In this document: one piece after another, positions 49,285 through 58,770 of the stretch
How the letters are laid out: each line of letters begins with the position of its first letter
Position numbering within the stretch: position 1 is the stretch's first letter
NCBI GenBank assembly: GCA_026066175.1
Contig: GCA_026066175.1_4721.1
Reading direction: 5' to 3' (one strand)
DNA length: 64,000 nucleotides
DNA from: a phage
The notes under the pieces: model-generated
The model's input: the letters and a program-made list of their open reading frames with translations, nothing else
The model's database searches: none
What the model was told of the DNA's origin: nothing
Program-made: the position numbers and the translations under genes

Positions 49285-51741
49285 TTAAATAATCGTGACG
49301 TGTTCGTTATATGTTTCAGGGAGAATGATGTTCGTTTTATCAAGAACCATACACTCGGCTTTACGGAATGATGCATGGTTGATCACATAGTGACTGATGA
49401 ACCACACCTGGCTTACGCGGTGACCATCAACCAGACGACGAACAAAATCCATGGCATTAGATTGGTGCTGCGGATCAAATGTTGATGCGAATTCATCTAA
49501 CATCAACGGATAATCCGTAAACCCCTTGTAATGCATCATCGCGATGATGAACGCGATATTGATAATTTCCTTTTGTCCCTTACTCCCATAAACAATATCT
49601 TTTCGCGGTGTCGGATACTTCTCAGTTAAAAGCGGAAAACGATAGTTCAATCCTTGCGCGTCGATAGCACACGGGAGTATCTGCAGTTGGTATTCCCAAA
49701 TACTCGCAATGATGCCGTTCATGTACTCAACGAACGCGTTGATGGGACCCGCAATTGTTTCGGCAATCAGTCCGTTGGATGGACTCAACTCATCCAGAAC
49801 AAGTTGTGCGTAACTGAGCTGTTCTTCCACCTCTTTTTGTGTCGTTTCCAACTGAGCCAGAAGCTGCTGGTCGGTTTTAGCTTCCTGTAGTTGCTGTTCG
49901 ACATGACTTATTCGGCGAACTGTATCAGACATCGCAGCACGTAACGATTTCGTGTAGAGGTGTTGCAGATACTCTAACCACAGTTGCGTTAACGCTTTAT
50001 CGCTGTTATCAGAACGTACCTGATCTTCCATAATCGCCGTAATGGTTTCCAATCTACCTTCCGTAGCTGTGATGGCTTGTGTTAACCGCTCAACGGTTGT
50101 TAACAACTCTGTCCTGTTCTTATAAAGCAATTCTCGACGTTGCTGTAACGGTTCAACATCAACCGCTTGTACCCGTTCGAGCATGCCTTGAAGATGTTTA
50201 CGTTCTTGTTCGGCTTGTGTATAACGTGCGAGTTTCTCGAATGCAAGCAACCAATCATTAATGATTCCAATGCTGCGGAATCCTAATCCGTTTTTACGTC
50301 CTTCTTCCAGCAGATTGTCCCACATGGGTTTAATGGCGTAATAATCCTTCGTCCAACGTGTTAACTGACGATGTTGTTCCATCCAGAGCGTATAACGCTG
50401 AACCTTCTCGCTAAGCTCAGCTAACGATTTCTCTTGTTCTTCAACCCAAGCACGGCCTTTCTGAATGCGTTGTTCAATACTCGCTTTGCTGGTCTTTTCC
50501 GTTTCACCAACATGAAAGCGATAATTGCATTTTGGACAGCTGGTCTGGGGTTGATGATTCAGATGGTCGAGATGCGCTTCCAAATCGGCTAACGCATGTT
50601 TCGCGTTACGCAAACGCATTCTTGCTGCCTCTTCCTCCTTGATGTAAGCTTCAGCATCGTAAACATGATAGGTGTTGTCGGTATCAATCCATTCTTGCAA
50701 TAGTTCTGTTAACGGAGCCTGAACTTGCGTGAGCTGTTGTAAACAAACCGCGGCGTCCAGATTCATCGTCAAAAGCTCACCCGGATGATCTTGCTGAAGT
50801 TGTTCGTCCAAACGTGCGAGGCGGGCTTTAATCTGATCGATATCGCCTTCGCCAGACTGTTTCAACTGGTCAAGGATATTATCGATACCCAACAGCTCGT
50901 CGACCTGACTTTCAAGTTTCGCATTCGCATTCGCGAGTTGTTCTCTTAGTTCAGCCAGATTCTGCTGTTCTTGTTGCGATGTTCCTCCTTGGTAACGAAC
51001 AACCGCGCGAAGAAGTTCGCGATTAAAATGATGGGCACGTTGTGCGGATTCCAGAAGCTGTCGTTGATCAACATCACTATCGAATAACGGCAATCCCATC
51101 ATCGCTTCGAGCGCTGAGCGTTGCTGTTTTAACTCTGCTTCCAATCCCTGGTGGTCGGTTCCGGTGTATTTCGCTTCAATTCGCTGTGATGTTTCAACCA
51201 ACTTATTCAATGTATGCTCATTCACCGCTTTCAGTGAACGTACTTGTTGCTTAACCACCTGAAACAACTCAAGCGCATAATCGACGTTAACCGGACATAT
51301 TTGTGTTAATCGTTCGCGTCGTTTCATCGGTCCCATTTCGGTGAACTGGTAAGCTGTTTCGTAACCTAACAACAAACGAATGGTGTCGTCATTAAGTTCG
51401 AAATGTTCTTCGATCAGTTTCCACTGGGCTGGTTGTGTACCACCACCGTTCAGGTTCTCACTGTCGTTAACGTAGAACTCATGCTTAAACCCTTTTTCTA
51501 AACGACTGATAAGACGGTATTGCTTATTACGGTGTTCGCAGCGGTACTCGTAATACCCATCTTTATCAAAATCGGCGCGCTCGGGAACGGTTGGATACAG
51601 CAAAGGCAGTAGACTACTCTTACCCGAACCGTTGCTGCCTAAAATGAGTTGTACGGGATTATCTGGCCGGATGACCAGCTCCCGAATCATCCCGGTATCA
51701 AAACGATTGAATCCACGTAAGTGGAGATACGTACATCGCAT
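49285..51741 (-). CDS. SbcC/Rad50-like ATPase with zinc hook
   Basis: N-terminal Walker A LILGSNGSGKSSLL, long heptad-rich middle region containing CPKCNYRF (CxxC hook), C-terminal LMLDEFASTFD (Walker B/D-loop). Confidence 0.7.
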   Translation of the reverse strand: MRCTYLHLRGFNRFDTGMIRELVIRPDNPVQLILGSNGSGKSSLLPLLYPTVPERADFDKDGYYEYRCEHRNKQYRLISRLEKGFKHEFYVNDSENLNGGGTQPAQWKLIEEHFELNDDTIRLLLGYETAYQFTEMGPMKRRERLTQICPVNVDYALELFQVVKQQVRSLKAVNEHTLNKLVETSQRIEAKYTGTDHQGLEAELKQQRSALEAMMGLPLFDSDVDQRQLLESAQRAHHFNRELLRAVVRYQGGTSQQEQQNLAELREQLANANAKLESQVDELLGIDNILDQLKQSGEGDIDQIKARLARLDEQLQQDHPGELLTMNLDAAVCLQQLTQVQAPLTELLQEWIDTDNTYHVYDAEAYIKEEEAARMRLRNAKHALADLEAHLDHLNHQPQTSCPKCNYRFHVGETEKTSKASIEQRIQKGRAWVEEQEKSLAELSEKVQRYTLWMEQHRQLTRWTKDYYAIKPMWDNLLEEGRKNGLGFRSIGIINDWLLAFEKLARYTQAEQERKHLQGMLERVQAVDVEPLQQRRELLYKNRTELLTTVERLTQAITATEGRLETITAIMEDQVRSDNSDKALTQLWLEYLQHLYTKSLRAAMSDTVRRISHVEQQLQEAKTDQQLLAQLETTQKEVEEQLSYAQLVLDELSPSNGLIAETIAGPINAFVEYMNGIIASIWEYQLQILPCAIDAQGLNYRFPLLTEKYPTPRKDIVYGSKGQKEIINIAFIIAMMHYKGFTDYPLMLDEFASTFDPQHQSNAMDFVRRLVDGHRVSQVWFISHYVINHASFRKAECMVLDKTNIILPETYNEHVTII

Positions 51742-51806
51742 GCTATGATAATCCTTATTCGGTACTATTTTCTATATCGTTATTCAAATCAGTAGGAGAT
51801 TACAGC

Positions 51807-52895
51807 ATGGGTGATCAGGCAACGGATAACCGTACAAAAGGGAGCCAACTCGCTCCGGATAACAACGTCAGCGTTTTTCGTATTTTTGCCTTGGGTACTG
51901 TAGCAGCTGACTTTTCCAACAAAAGCCTGGAAGAAGACCCTAATCAAACGCTGGAAGTCTTTCTCGATGAAATGATGTCAGGCGCTGACGGGAAAGTTGA
52001 AGCAGCTGGAAGCGTTAAGGAAGTGAGTGCGACAGACGCACAAGGAAACAGCTATACAGCAAAGGCTGCAACAACAACCAGCGTACAATGTTACTGGTTA
52101 CCATTCGGAAGCAACCGCATGACCGCACCTAACTTAAGGAAAGGTCAACGTGTGGTGGTTTGGCGTACCGCGGATGAAGAACAGCTTTATTGGCAGCCTA
52201 AAGGGGGCGATAGTGAGCTGATGACCATGGAATCGGTGATTCTTACCGTGAGCGCACGTCCGAGCGCGAAGAAAGATCGTAAGTCGATTTCCACCGAAGA
52301 CTGTTACTACCTCATGGTCGACACGTTCCTCAAGAAAGCCGTTATCGGCACCAGCGCCCAGCTTGGTGAAGTCACGCAGGTATACATGGAACTGAACTTG
52401 GATGAAGGCTATCTACAGGTGGCGGATAGCGTTCATCAAAACCTGTTGTTGCTGCATTTCGTTGAACACATGCTGCGTTATCAAAACCAAGATGACAGCA
52501 TCATTGATGTAACGAAGAAAAACATCACGTTCCAATGCGAAGACACACTCAAAGTTATCGCTAAGAACGATATCCGGATGAAAGCGAAAAACATCTATAC
52601 GGAATGCGAGAATTTCGAACGGACAAGCAAGACAGAGAAAGTAACCAGTCAGAACGTTTCATTGAAGTGTGAACGCTATACCGCACAGGTCTCTGGACAA
52701 ACCACGTTCAAATGTCCGAAAACGGTATTCACTGGTGCGGTAAGCTTCACCGGTGAAGACGGCAACACCATGACGTTGAATGGAAACTTCGTGCATGTAG
52801 CGGGGTCTTGGCGTTCACCATCAGGAACCAACGTCTACACGCACGATCATGGTGGCGTAGAACGTGGTGGTGGTAAAACAGATCCGTTCCATTAA
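51807..52895 (+). CDS. putative tail spike / cell-puncturing protein (beta-helix-like repeats, C-terminal HDH motif)
   Basis: C-terminal third has repetitive short beta-strand-like segments (KNITFQCEDTLKVIAKNDIRMKAKNIYTECENFERTSKTEKVTSQNVSLKCERYTAQVSGQTTFKCPKTVFTGAVSFTG) ending in YTHDHGG, reminiscent of gp5/gpV-type spikes with metal-binding His; pattern-based only. Confidence 0.35.
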   Translation: MGDQATDNRTKGSQLAPDNNVSVFRIFALGTVAADFSNKSLEEDPNQTLEVFLDEMMSGADGKVEAAGSVKEVSATDAQGNSYTAKAATTTSVQCYWLPFGSNRMTAPNLRKGQRVVVWRTADEEQLYWQPKGGDSELMTMESVILTVSARPSAKKDRKSISTEDCYYLMVDTFLKKAVIGTSAQLGEVTQVYMELNLDEGYLQVADSVHQNLLLLHFVEHMLRYQNQDDSIIDVTKKNITFQCEDTLKVIAKNDIRMKAKNIYTECENFERTSKTEKVTSQNVSLKCERYTAQVSGQTTFKCPKTVFTGAVSFTGEDGNTMTLNGNFVHVAGSWRSPSGTNVYTHDHGGVERGGGKTDPFH

Positions 52896-52919
52896 TCAAA
52901 AAAAAAAAACAATGTTGTT

Positions 52920-52957
52920 ATCCTCCTTCCCTAGCCATCAGGCCGGGGAAGGAGGAT
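52920..52957. terminator. GC-rich hairpin, same arms as 5375-5412 with reverse-complemented loop
   Basis: ATCCTCCTTCCC-TAGCCATCAGGCCG-GGGAAGGAGGAT preceded by A12 and followed by TTATGGTTTATTTA, the same flank as the 5375 copy. Confidence 0.6.
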
Positions 52958-52970
52958 TATGGTTTATTTA

Positions 52971-53360
52971 TTAACGGATTGCGTTTTGGATGATTTCTTT
53001 TCCGATCGTAATCAAAGCAGGTATCTGTACTGCGGTTGCACCTTGATGACGAAACGCGGTCGCTAACGCGGTATCGATGCTCACAGCACGTCCGTGAAGA
53101 CGATCGAAATAGACTTGAGTGATAGCAGCGGCATACTCTTTTCGCTGTTTCTTGGTTTGGTTTACCATCGTCGCACTACTACCGACGATGAAATAAGCGA
53201 TTAAGAAGAATGCGGCTGACCGTGAGCCGGGTAGAAAGCCTTGGCGTTTAGGAAGCATTTCACAATCACGAACAGTAATACTGTTCGTGAGCTTTTCCAT
53301 GTCGACATGGCATAATTTTGCATAGGTGTGAAGATGATGGGTAAAAGTAGAATTTAACAT
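52971..53360 (-). CDS. hypothetical protein with one hydrophobic helix
   Basis: 129 aa ORF with GAGGAAAGAA SD; last gene of the minus-strand operon that starts at 59523. Confidence 0.55.
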   Translation of the reverse strand: MLNSTFTHHLHTYAKLCHVDMEKLTNSITVRDCEMLPKRQGFLPGSRSAAFFLIAYFIVGSSATMVNQTKKQRKEYAAAITQVYFDRLHGRAVSIDTALATAFRHQGATAVQIPALITIGKEIIQNAIR

Positions 53361-53464
53361 TTCTTTCCTCGGTTACAATGAGTTCAATGTATGGCGTAAA
53401 CGTCACAGAACGACGTATAACAGTTTGTTTTGATTTCTAAGGTGTTTCCCTATCTAAGAGTGAA

Positions 53465-53827
53465 TTAAAGCGTTCTGAAGAGTTCTGTGGCGTTCTCAGC
53501 ATGTAAACATGCTTCGTTCAACAACTCCGCTAACAACTTCGATCTAACTTCAACGAATGTCCTGGTACGATGCTCCCAGTCTAAACGGATGGTGTAAGTA
53601 TCATCCATGTTTCTGTGGTCAACAACAGATGTTGAACAACGTGTTTCTTGTTTATTCACAGCACTCCAGACATCACGGATAATCTTCATGCCTTTCTTGG
53701 TGCACGTAAACGTCAAGATACAACGATTATTCGCTGCTTCTTCACAAACGTGAATAAATTCGCTTCGTAGCGATGAGGTCTTGGTCAATCGATCGATAGC
53801 AAGCGATAACCCAATACGTTGTTGCAT
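53465..53827 (-). CDS. small paralog family A protein (120 aa), unknown function
   Basis: Shares LTFTCTKKGMKIIRDVW with FTFVCTALGKTLLEAAFW (53829..54242) and LGFVFSQTGKDVLENIFW (54258..54701). Confidence 0.55.
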   Translation of the reverse strand: MQQRIGLSLAIDRLTKTSSLRSEFIHVCEEAANNRCILTFTCTKKGMKIIRDVWSAVNKQETRCSTSVVDHRNMDDTYTIRLDWEHRTRTFVEVRSKLLAELLNEACLHAENATELFRTL

Positions 53828-53828
53828 A

Positions 53829-54242
53829 TCAAATTCCTTCTTTCAAAATCTCATTAAGGCCGTCTGCAACCGCGTCCAAATGGGCATCCATATCCGTTAC
53901 GGTGCCAGCGGTAACTGTCCAGACGTGCCGTATTAATGTCTCACCATTCGTACATTTTACCATTTCCATCGCCAACTTTGTTTGTCCTGACGATGGTGAG
54001 ATCTCATTGCTCCGCCAAAACGCAGCCTCGAGTAATGTTTTACCTAACGCTGTACACACAAAAGTAAATTCTACTTGACCAATACCTACCACCGAAGCGG
54101 ATAACGGTTGGATATGTTCGCGCAGCTTATCATCTTCACGTAGGAGCAGCAGTGTACGATGTAAGTGTGTACGGTGGGTAACAATAGCGTCGTAATGACC
54201 GATGCGTACATCGGCTACTGATTCAGGCCAGTTAATTTTCAT
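53829..54242 (-). CDS. small paralog family A protein (137 aa), unknown function
   Basis: See shared motif F-x-F-x-x-T-x-x-GK-x-[LI]-[LI]-x-x-x-[FV]-W; starts 2 nt after the upstream gene. Confidence 0.55.
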   Translation of the reverse strand: MKINWPESVADVRIGHYDAIVTHRTHLHRTLLLLREDDKLREHIQPLSASVVGIGQVEFTFVCTALGKTLLEAAFWRSNEISPSSGQTKLAMEMVKCTNGETLIRHVWTVTAGTVTDMDAHLDAVADGLNEILKEGI

Positions 54243-54257
54243 GTTCGATTCCTCGTA

Positions 54258-54701
54258 TTAACACTGTGTTCCATTCGATAAGCGGGTGGTATCAAAACGA
54301 TCCAGTTGGTGTACAATGCTATTAGCAACACGATGCAAATAGTGTATTTTGTCCATTCGTGAAATCGCAGAAATCGTCCAGCAAGCCTCTGACGTCCAAT
54401 AGGTGCCGTCTTCACTAAGGCTAACGTTATAAACTAACTTCGTCATCACATTTCTCGCCTTATGCTCAGCAGACCAGAATATGTTTTCTAACACATCCTT
54501 CCCCGTTTGTGAAAACACGAACCCAAGCTTCACGTCGAAGTCGGATGCTTCAAGATTAACAAAGTGAAGATGATTCTCCAAAGGCGCAAAAGAGGCTAAA
54601 CGTTCCAGCGCGTTTTGCAGCGTGGGATGATCGAGCTTTTCGAGATCATCCACAGGTTGTTCAGGTACAATCGCGATCGATTTACAGAATTTAATTTCCA
54701 T
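54258..54701 (-). CDS. small paralog family A protein (147 aa), unknown function
   Basis: Shared motif as above. Confidence 0.55.
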   Translation of the reverse strand: MEIKFCKSIAIVPEQPVDDLEKLDHPTLQNALERLASFAPLENHLHFVNLEASDFDVKLGFVFSQTGKDVLENIFWSAEHKARNVMTKLVYNVSLSEDGTYWTSEACWTISAISRMDKIHYLHRVANSIVHQLDRFDTTRLSNGTQC

Positions 54702-54731
54702 GGTAGGTTCCTCTTGATAGATGGTAGTAAC

Positions 54732-54751
54732 GGGGATACCGCGGTATCCCC
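54732..54751. promoter_or_regulatory. perfect 20-bp palindrome GGGGATACCGCGGTATCCCC within the operon
   Basis: Read directly; in the 57-nt gap between 54759..55229 and 54258..54701. Confidence 0.4.
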
Positions 54752-54758
54752 TAAGTCT

Positions 54759-55229
54759 TTATAACACGCCCCAAGCCATATTGGGTACAGGCTCGTTACG
54801 TTCGATGTAATACATCAAGCGTTCTTTAAGTTTGGTTAACGCCTCAGCAACGATGTTCTCCATGGCAATCACCTTTCCAATGTAATCCATGGTATCCTGC
54901 CACGTAAACCATTCGACGGTATTGACGATGTAAAGGGTTTCATCGTCGTCGGTCATGACCTTGGCATTTTCACGATGATCGCGGGTCGCGTATAACGGTG
55001 TTTTTAGATTCGCTCTGATACGTACCCAGAGCTTCTCCAGGAAATCGCTCGGTTGACTATCTGTCGTGATGATAAGTTCACTCCGTACTGAACGCTCTCC
55101 ACGCTTTTCAATAACAAGTAAACCATCGTAAGTGATGTTCATCAAGTTACGAAGGTCATCATTGCTATTCCAGTCTTTTACAACAGCAGGAAGTTGGCTA
55201 TTGTACTCTTCAGGTAATCTCTTAAGCAT
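54759..55229 (-). CDS. hypothetical protein
   Basis: 156 aa ORF; 8-nt overlap with the upstream gene. Confidence 0.55.
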   Translation of the reverse strand: MLKRLPEEYNSQLPAVVKDWNSNDDLRNLMNITYDGLLVIEKRGERSVRSELIITTDSQPSDFLEKLWVRIRANLKTPLYATRDHRENAKVMTDDDETLYIVNTVEWFTWQDTMDYIGKVIAMENIVAEALTKLKERLMYYIERNEPVPNMAWGVL

Positions 55230-55674
55230 CGGTTTCTGCTCCTATATCACGTTTGAGTTCGGCGACCAGTTTGTCGTAATGGTCTTTTATCACATTCGCC
55301 ATAACGAATTGCGCTTTTCTCACTAGCTGCTCATTGGCATCACTGAATGTAAAATACTCTCGCACTTCAACCGGATGTGATACGCCACCGATATCGTAGG
55401 CTTTATTCGATGTGCGTTGAGCGATCACTGGGAGCGGTTTCGCGGCGTTCAGCGCAGTACAGATTTCCGTAACGAGTTCTTGAATTTGGCTTTTCCCTTC
55501 GATGATAACGCTGCAACGATAAACATCCACCTCGTTAAGTTGTTCAACAACATCCGCCTTGATTTTGAATTGACCTACAAGCGCGCTTACTAAAGTGCGG
55601 TGCCAATTGTTCACCACTCCAACCAGCAATGGATGATTCTCAAGATCTCTTCTGTTCATTTCTGAGCTCCTCAA
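55222..55674 (-). CDS. hypothetical protein
   Basis: 150 aa ORF. Confidence 0.55.
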   Translation of the reverse strand: MRSSEMNRRDLENHPLLVGVVNNWHRTLVSALVGQFKIKADVVEQLNEVDVYRCSVIIEGKSQIQELVTEICTALNAAKPLPVIAQRTSNKAYDIGGVSHPVEVREYFTFSDANEQLVRKAQFVMANVIKDHYDKLVAELKRDIGAETDA

Positions 55675-55697
55675 TCGCTCTATAACAAACTTTTAGA

Positions 55698-55720
55698 GGA
55701 AGGGAATATGTTTCCCTTCC
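55698..55720. promoter_or_regulatory. hairpin GGAAGGGAA-TATGT-TTCCCTTCC within the operon
   Basis: Perfect 9-bp inverted repeat in the gap between 55739..56014 and 55222..55674. Confidence 0.4.
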
Positions 55721-55738
55721 TTGAGTTAGTTTATTGCG

Positions 55739-56014
55739 TTATACAACTTTTCTGTGCGCGTAGAACACCTTCGTTCCGTTGTTGATCGCCTCAACCACAT
55801 CCAGGGTTAACACAACGGCGTTATCGCTTCGCGACGACGGTGCGTAATACCCTTCACCGTTCTCGGTAATCAGGCGATAACGGACTAAGCCTATACATGG
55901 TTCAACGCGTACCACTCTTTCGAGTTTGTACTTGATGATCTTCGTCAGGCCGATAGTCTCTGATGCGTAGATGGCTTTATAAACTTTGTTCTTTGCTGTC
56001 GTTTTCATCAACAT
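55739..56014 (-). CDS. hypothetical small protein (start uncertain)
   Basis: ORF track 55739..56083 overlaps the 3' end of 55977..56873; trimmed to an internal ATG (MLMKTTAKN...), leaving ~38 nt of overlap; weak SD. Confidence 0.4.
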   Translation of the reverse strand: MLMKTTAKNKVYKAIYASETIGLTKIIKYKLERVVRVEPCIGLVRYRLITENGEGYYAPSSRSDNAVVLTLDVVEAINNGTKVFYAHRKVV

Positions 56015-56873
56015 GGTTTCTGTTTTCCTTGGTTTGTTGTGGTCCCAGGTCAGAGATATCCCAACGGATATAACCAACATCACGGATTCGCTCGGCTATT
56101 TCTTCGAATTGTGAATCACGACTGATAACCGGTAACCATTCCCCTTCTCGGGTTATCTTAACTTCGGCGATCTGTAAGCTCATGTTCCAACGAACGTCAT
56201 AAACCAGCGCGTAACCAAGAGGATGAACAAGCCCATCCTGGTTATACATCTTCAAAAGACCTCTTACGTCTTCGCTGCGCGGTAATTCCGCCATAGCAGG
56301 ACGTACACGTTGAAGTCTCTTTGTGGTATCGTATCCTAGCTCAATATCTTTCCAGCCCGTCATGACGTAAGGAACAACGTTGCGGCGACGGAGTTGATGG
56401 TTGTGAGTGGTTTCTTCGGCGGTAAGGTGTACCCAACCGAGATCGCTGTACGCCACGAACCGCGCTCCTTCTCCATCGAGCACTGTGTGCTCATCTAACG
56501 CTGCTGCAACACCATGGCCTGCGTAATACGGCGGAAGAACGTTCAGCATTTTAATACGGCTTTCTTGACCGGTATGGTCAGGGTCGATATGCGCGTAGTA
56601 ATAATTACGGCTTACCGGACGACCTTCCGCCATACGTCCACGGAAGACAGGGTCCTGCATTCCAAGCGGATGGTAATACGCGAGCTGTTGTTCGTCACCT
56701 TCCCCGATGACCAACAAACGATCTTCACGACTTGGTGTGCTAGGATCTTTCACCGTGATGTAGGTAACAATCACTTTCAGATTGTCTAAAATGTCCTGTG
56801 GAAGTTTCTCTAAATCCCGTGCGTCGTAAATACGATTAACAACAACGTTTGCAATGTGTTTTGGTAAGCTCAT
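55977..56873 (-). CDS. paralog family B protein (298 aa), unknown function
   Basis: Shares blocks with three upstream paralogs: AYYHPLGMQDPVF, GWVHL, VVPYVMTGWKD, KRLQRVRP, GLVHPLGYALVYDVRWN, WLPVIS, GYIRWDISDL. Confidence 0.6.
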   Translation of the reverse strand: MSLPKHIANVVVNRIYDARDLEKLPQDILDNLKVIVTYITVKDPSTPSREDRLLVIGEGDEQQLAYYHPLGMQDPVFRGRMAEGRPVSRNYYYAHIDPDHTGQESRIKMLNVLPPYYAGHGVAAALDEHTVLDGEGARFVAYSDLGWVHLTAEETTHNHQLRRRNVVPYVMTGWKDIELGYDTTKRLQRVRPAMAELPRSEDVRGLLKMYNQDGLVHPLGYALVYDVRWNMSLQIAEVKITREGEWLPVISRDSQFEEIAERIRDVGYIRWDISDLGPQQTKENRNHVDENDSKEQSL

Positions 56874-56953
56874 TTTAGATCTCTCTTTGTTATTGGTAAA
56901 ATAAATAACGGCATAAAGGGGACATAACTGCCCCCGTGTTAAATATCAACTGT

Positions 56954-57796
56954 TCACGCTTTCAGATCTGAAATATCCCAACGTACGTAACCGGTACGCT
57001 CAATGTCGTCAACCAGTTGCTTGGTTTGATTTTCAACACCAACGACAGGCACCCAATTTAAACGCCAGCGCCCACCGACATTAACCTCAACACGCTGCAG
57101 ATCTTCATTCCAACAAACCCCATTCGGTCTCAAAAAGCCCATCGGGTGGACGAAGTCCTCATCGTAATCTTTCAATAGCGCGAGAATATCGCTTCGGCTA
57201 TAAGTCTTCACGCTTGCTAGATGTACGCTTTGTAGCTTATCGCGCAGACCCCAACCATACTCACAATCACGCCATTCAGGCATGACAACCGGCAGTACAT
57301 TCCGATGACGGATGTATTTTGCCGCTTCAGCAATATCAGCTGGAAGATGTATCCAACCTAAATCGCTGTTAGCAATAAAATCAGGACTGTCCATTTCATG
57401 GATGTAATGATCGTAAAGCGTAGCAGCGAGTCCTTCAGCAAGCACGTTTGTTGGAAGGAGGCAGTTGGCGCTTATCTTGAAATCGAATACATCGGCATCA
57501 GGATCCACATACGCGTAAAACCCGCGTGCGAAAGCGCCGCCATGTTCTTTGAAGCAGTACTGGAATACATTGTTTTGCATTCCGATGGGGTGGTAGTAAG
57601 CCAACACACGTTGTTCGCCGTCCGTGATTTCAATGAGCTGATCTTTCGGCTTCGGCCAGGTGATCTTCTCAACACCGCAAACGCTGACGATCTTTCGTAG
57701 ATTCACCTTGATATGTTCCGGGAGATGCCCGATTTCATTTTCATGATAAACACGGGTGATAACGGTATTGATAACCGGCTGTGGTTTAGCTATCAT
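56954..57796 (-). CDS. paralog family B protein (280 aa), unknown function
   Basis: AYYHPIGMQNNVF, GWIHL, VLPVVMPEWRD, DKLQSVH, FVHPMGF, WVPVVG, GYVRWDISDL; GAGGAA SD. Confidence 0.6.
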   Translation of the reverse strand: MIAKPQPVINTVITRVYHENEIGHLPEHIKVNLRKIVSVCGVEKITWPKPKDQLIEITDGEQRVLAYYHPIGMQNNVFQYCFKEHGGAFARGFYAYVDPDADVFDFKISANCLLPTNVLAEGLAATLYDHYIHEMDSPDFIANSDLGWIHLPADIAEAAKYIRHRNVLPVVMPEWRDCEYGWGLRDKLQSVHLASVKTYSRSDILALLKDYDEDFVHPMGFLRPNGVCWNEDLQRVEVNVGGRWRLNWVPVVGVENQTKQLVDDIERTGYVRWDISDLKA

Positions 57797-57836
57797 TTAT
57801 CGTTTCCTCTTCGTTTTGTGGTTATTGATATTCGTA

Positions 57837-58703
57837 TTACGGTTTAAGATCTGCGATGTCCCAGCGGACATAGCCAACACGTTCGATTTCGCGAGCAAGG
57901 TCTTCGTTGTGAACGTCTACCCCAACAACAGGTAACCAGTTCCCATCTTTGCTGATCTTCACATGAACGATGTTTTGCGAAGTGATGAACTGATTAACAT
58001 CGTGCACCAACGCATAGCCTAACGGATGGATAAAGCCTTCAGCGCAGCATGAATCACGAAGAACGCTCAACATGTCGACGGCTGAAGGGCTAACGCAACG
58101 GACAGGGCGTACGCTTTGCAATTTGTCGGATGCCGCTTGGGCAACGCGTGCATCACGCCATCCCGTCAAGTATACCGGTTTTATATCCCGTTTTAGTAGA
58201 TGTTCGATCTGGATCGCTGTGTCATTATGAACATACACGCAGCCCTGTTCGGTTTCGGTGTCGTAGTCACCTTCATTAAACGCGTTTATTCGGGCAGGAT
58301 AAACCTTCTGGTCTATCGTCACGGCAACCCCTTCAGCGAATGTGGTCAACGGAAGAAGACGTTCTAAACACGCGATTGGATAATCCGCTGATGCTCCAGG
58401 ACGAATATGCGCCAGCATTCCCCAACCATCAGGGAATCCATGTCGGTACATGTATTGCTGGAATACCTCATCCTGCATTCCTAACGGGTACCAGCGTGCA
58501 AGCCGCTGCTGCTCACCGTCCTGAATAACAAAAAGCATTTCTTTGCGTTTAGGCCAGCGGTGATGTTCTACGGCCAAGCCCTCAACGATCGGTTTCAAAT
58601 TGGCTTTGATATGCTCAGGAAGTTGATCCACCTCTTCACGACGATAAATACGATCGATGAGGGTAACGTCGATCTTCTGGCCCATCATCTGCATTAAACT
58701 CAT
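57837..58703 (-). CDS. paralog family B protein (~288 aa), unknown function
   Basis: ORF track 57837..58844 trimmed to ATG (MSLMQMM...) with AGGAG SD; ARWYPLGMQDEVF, PVYLTGWRD, DKLQSVRP, FIHPLGYALVHDV, WLPVVG, GYVRWDIADL. Confidence 0.6.
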   Translation of the reverse strand: MSLMQMMGQKIDVTLIDRIYRREEVDQLPEHIKANLKPIVEGLAVEHHRWPKRKEMLFVIQDGEQQRLARWYPLGMQDEVFQQYMYRHGFPDGWGMLAHIRPGASADYPIACLERLLPLTTFAEGVAVTIDQKVYPARINAFNEGDYDTETEQGCVYVHNDTAIQIEHLLKRDIKPVYLTGWRDARVAQAASDKLQSVRPVRCVSPSAVDMLSVLRDSCCAEGFIHPLGYALVHDVNQFITSQNIVHVKISKDGNWLPVVGVDVHNEDLAREIERVGYVRWDIADLKP

Positions 58704-58770
58704 TTTTATTTCTCCTGCTGTTTTACGATGCATCGTTTTGCTCCTGTGGTTCTTTGTTTTCGGTATCGTG

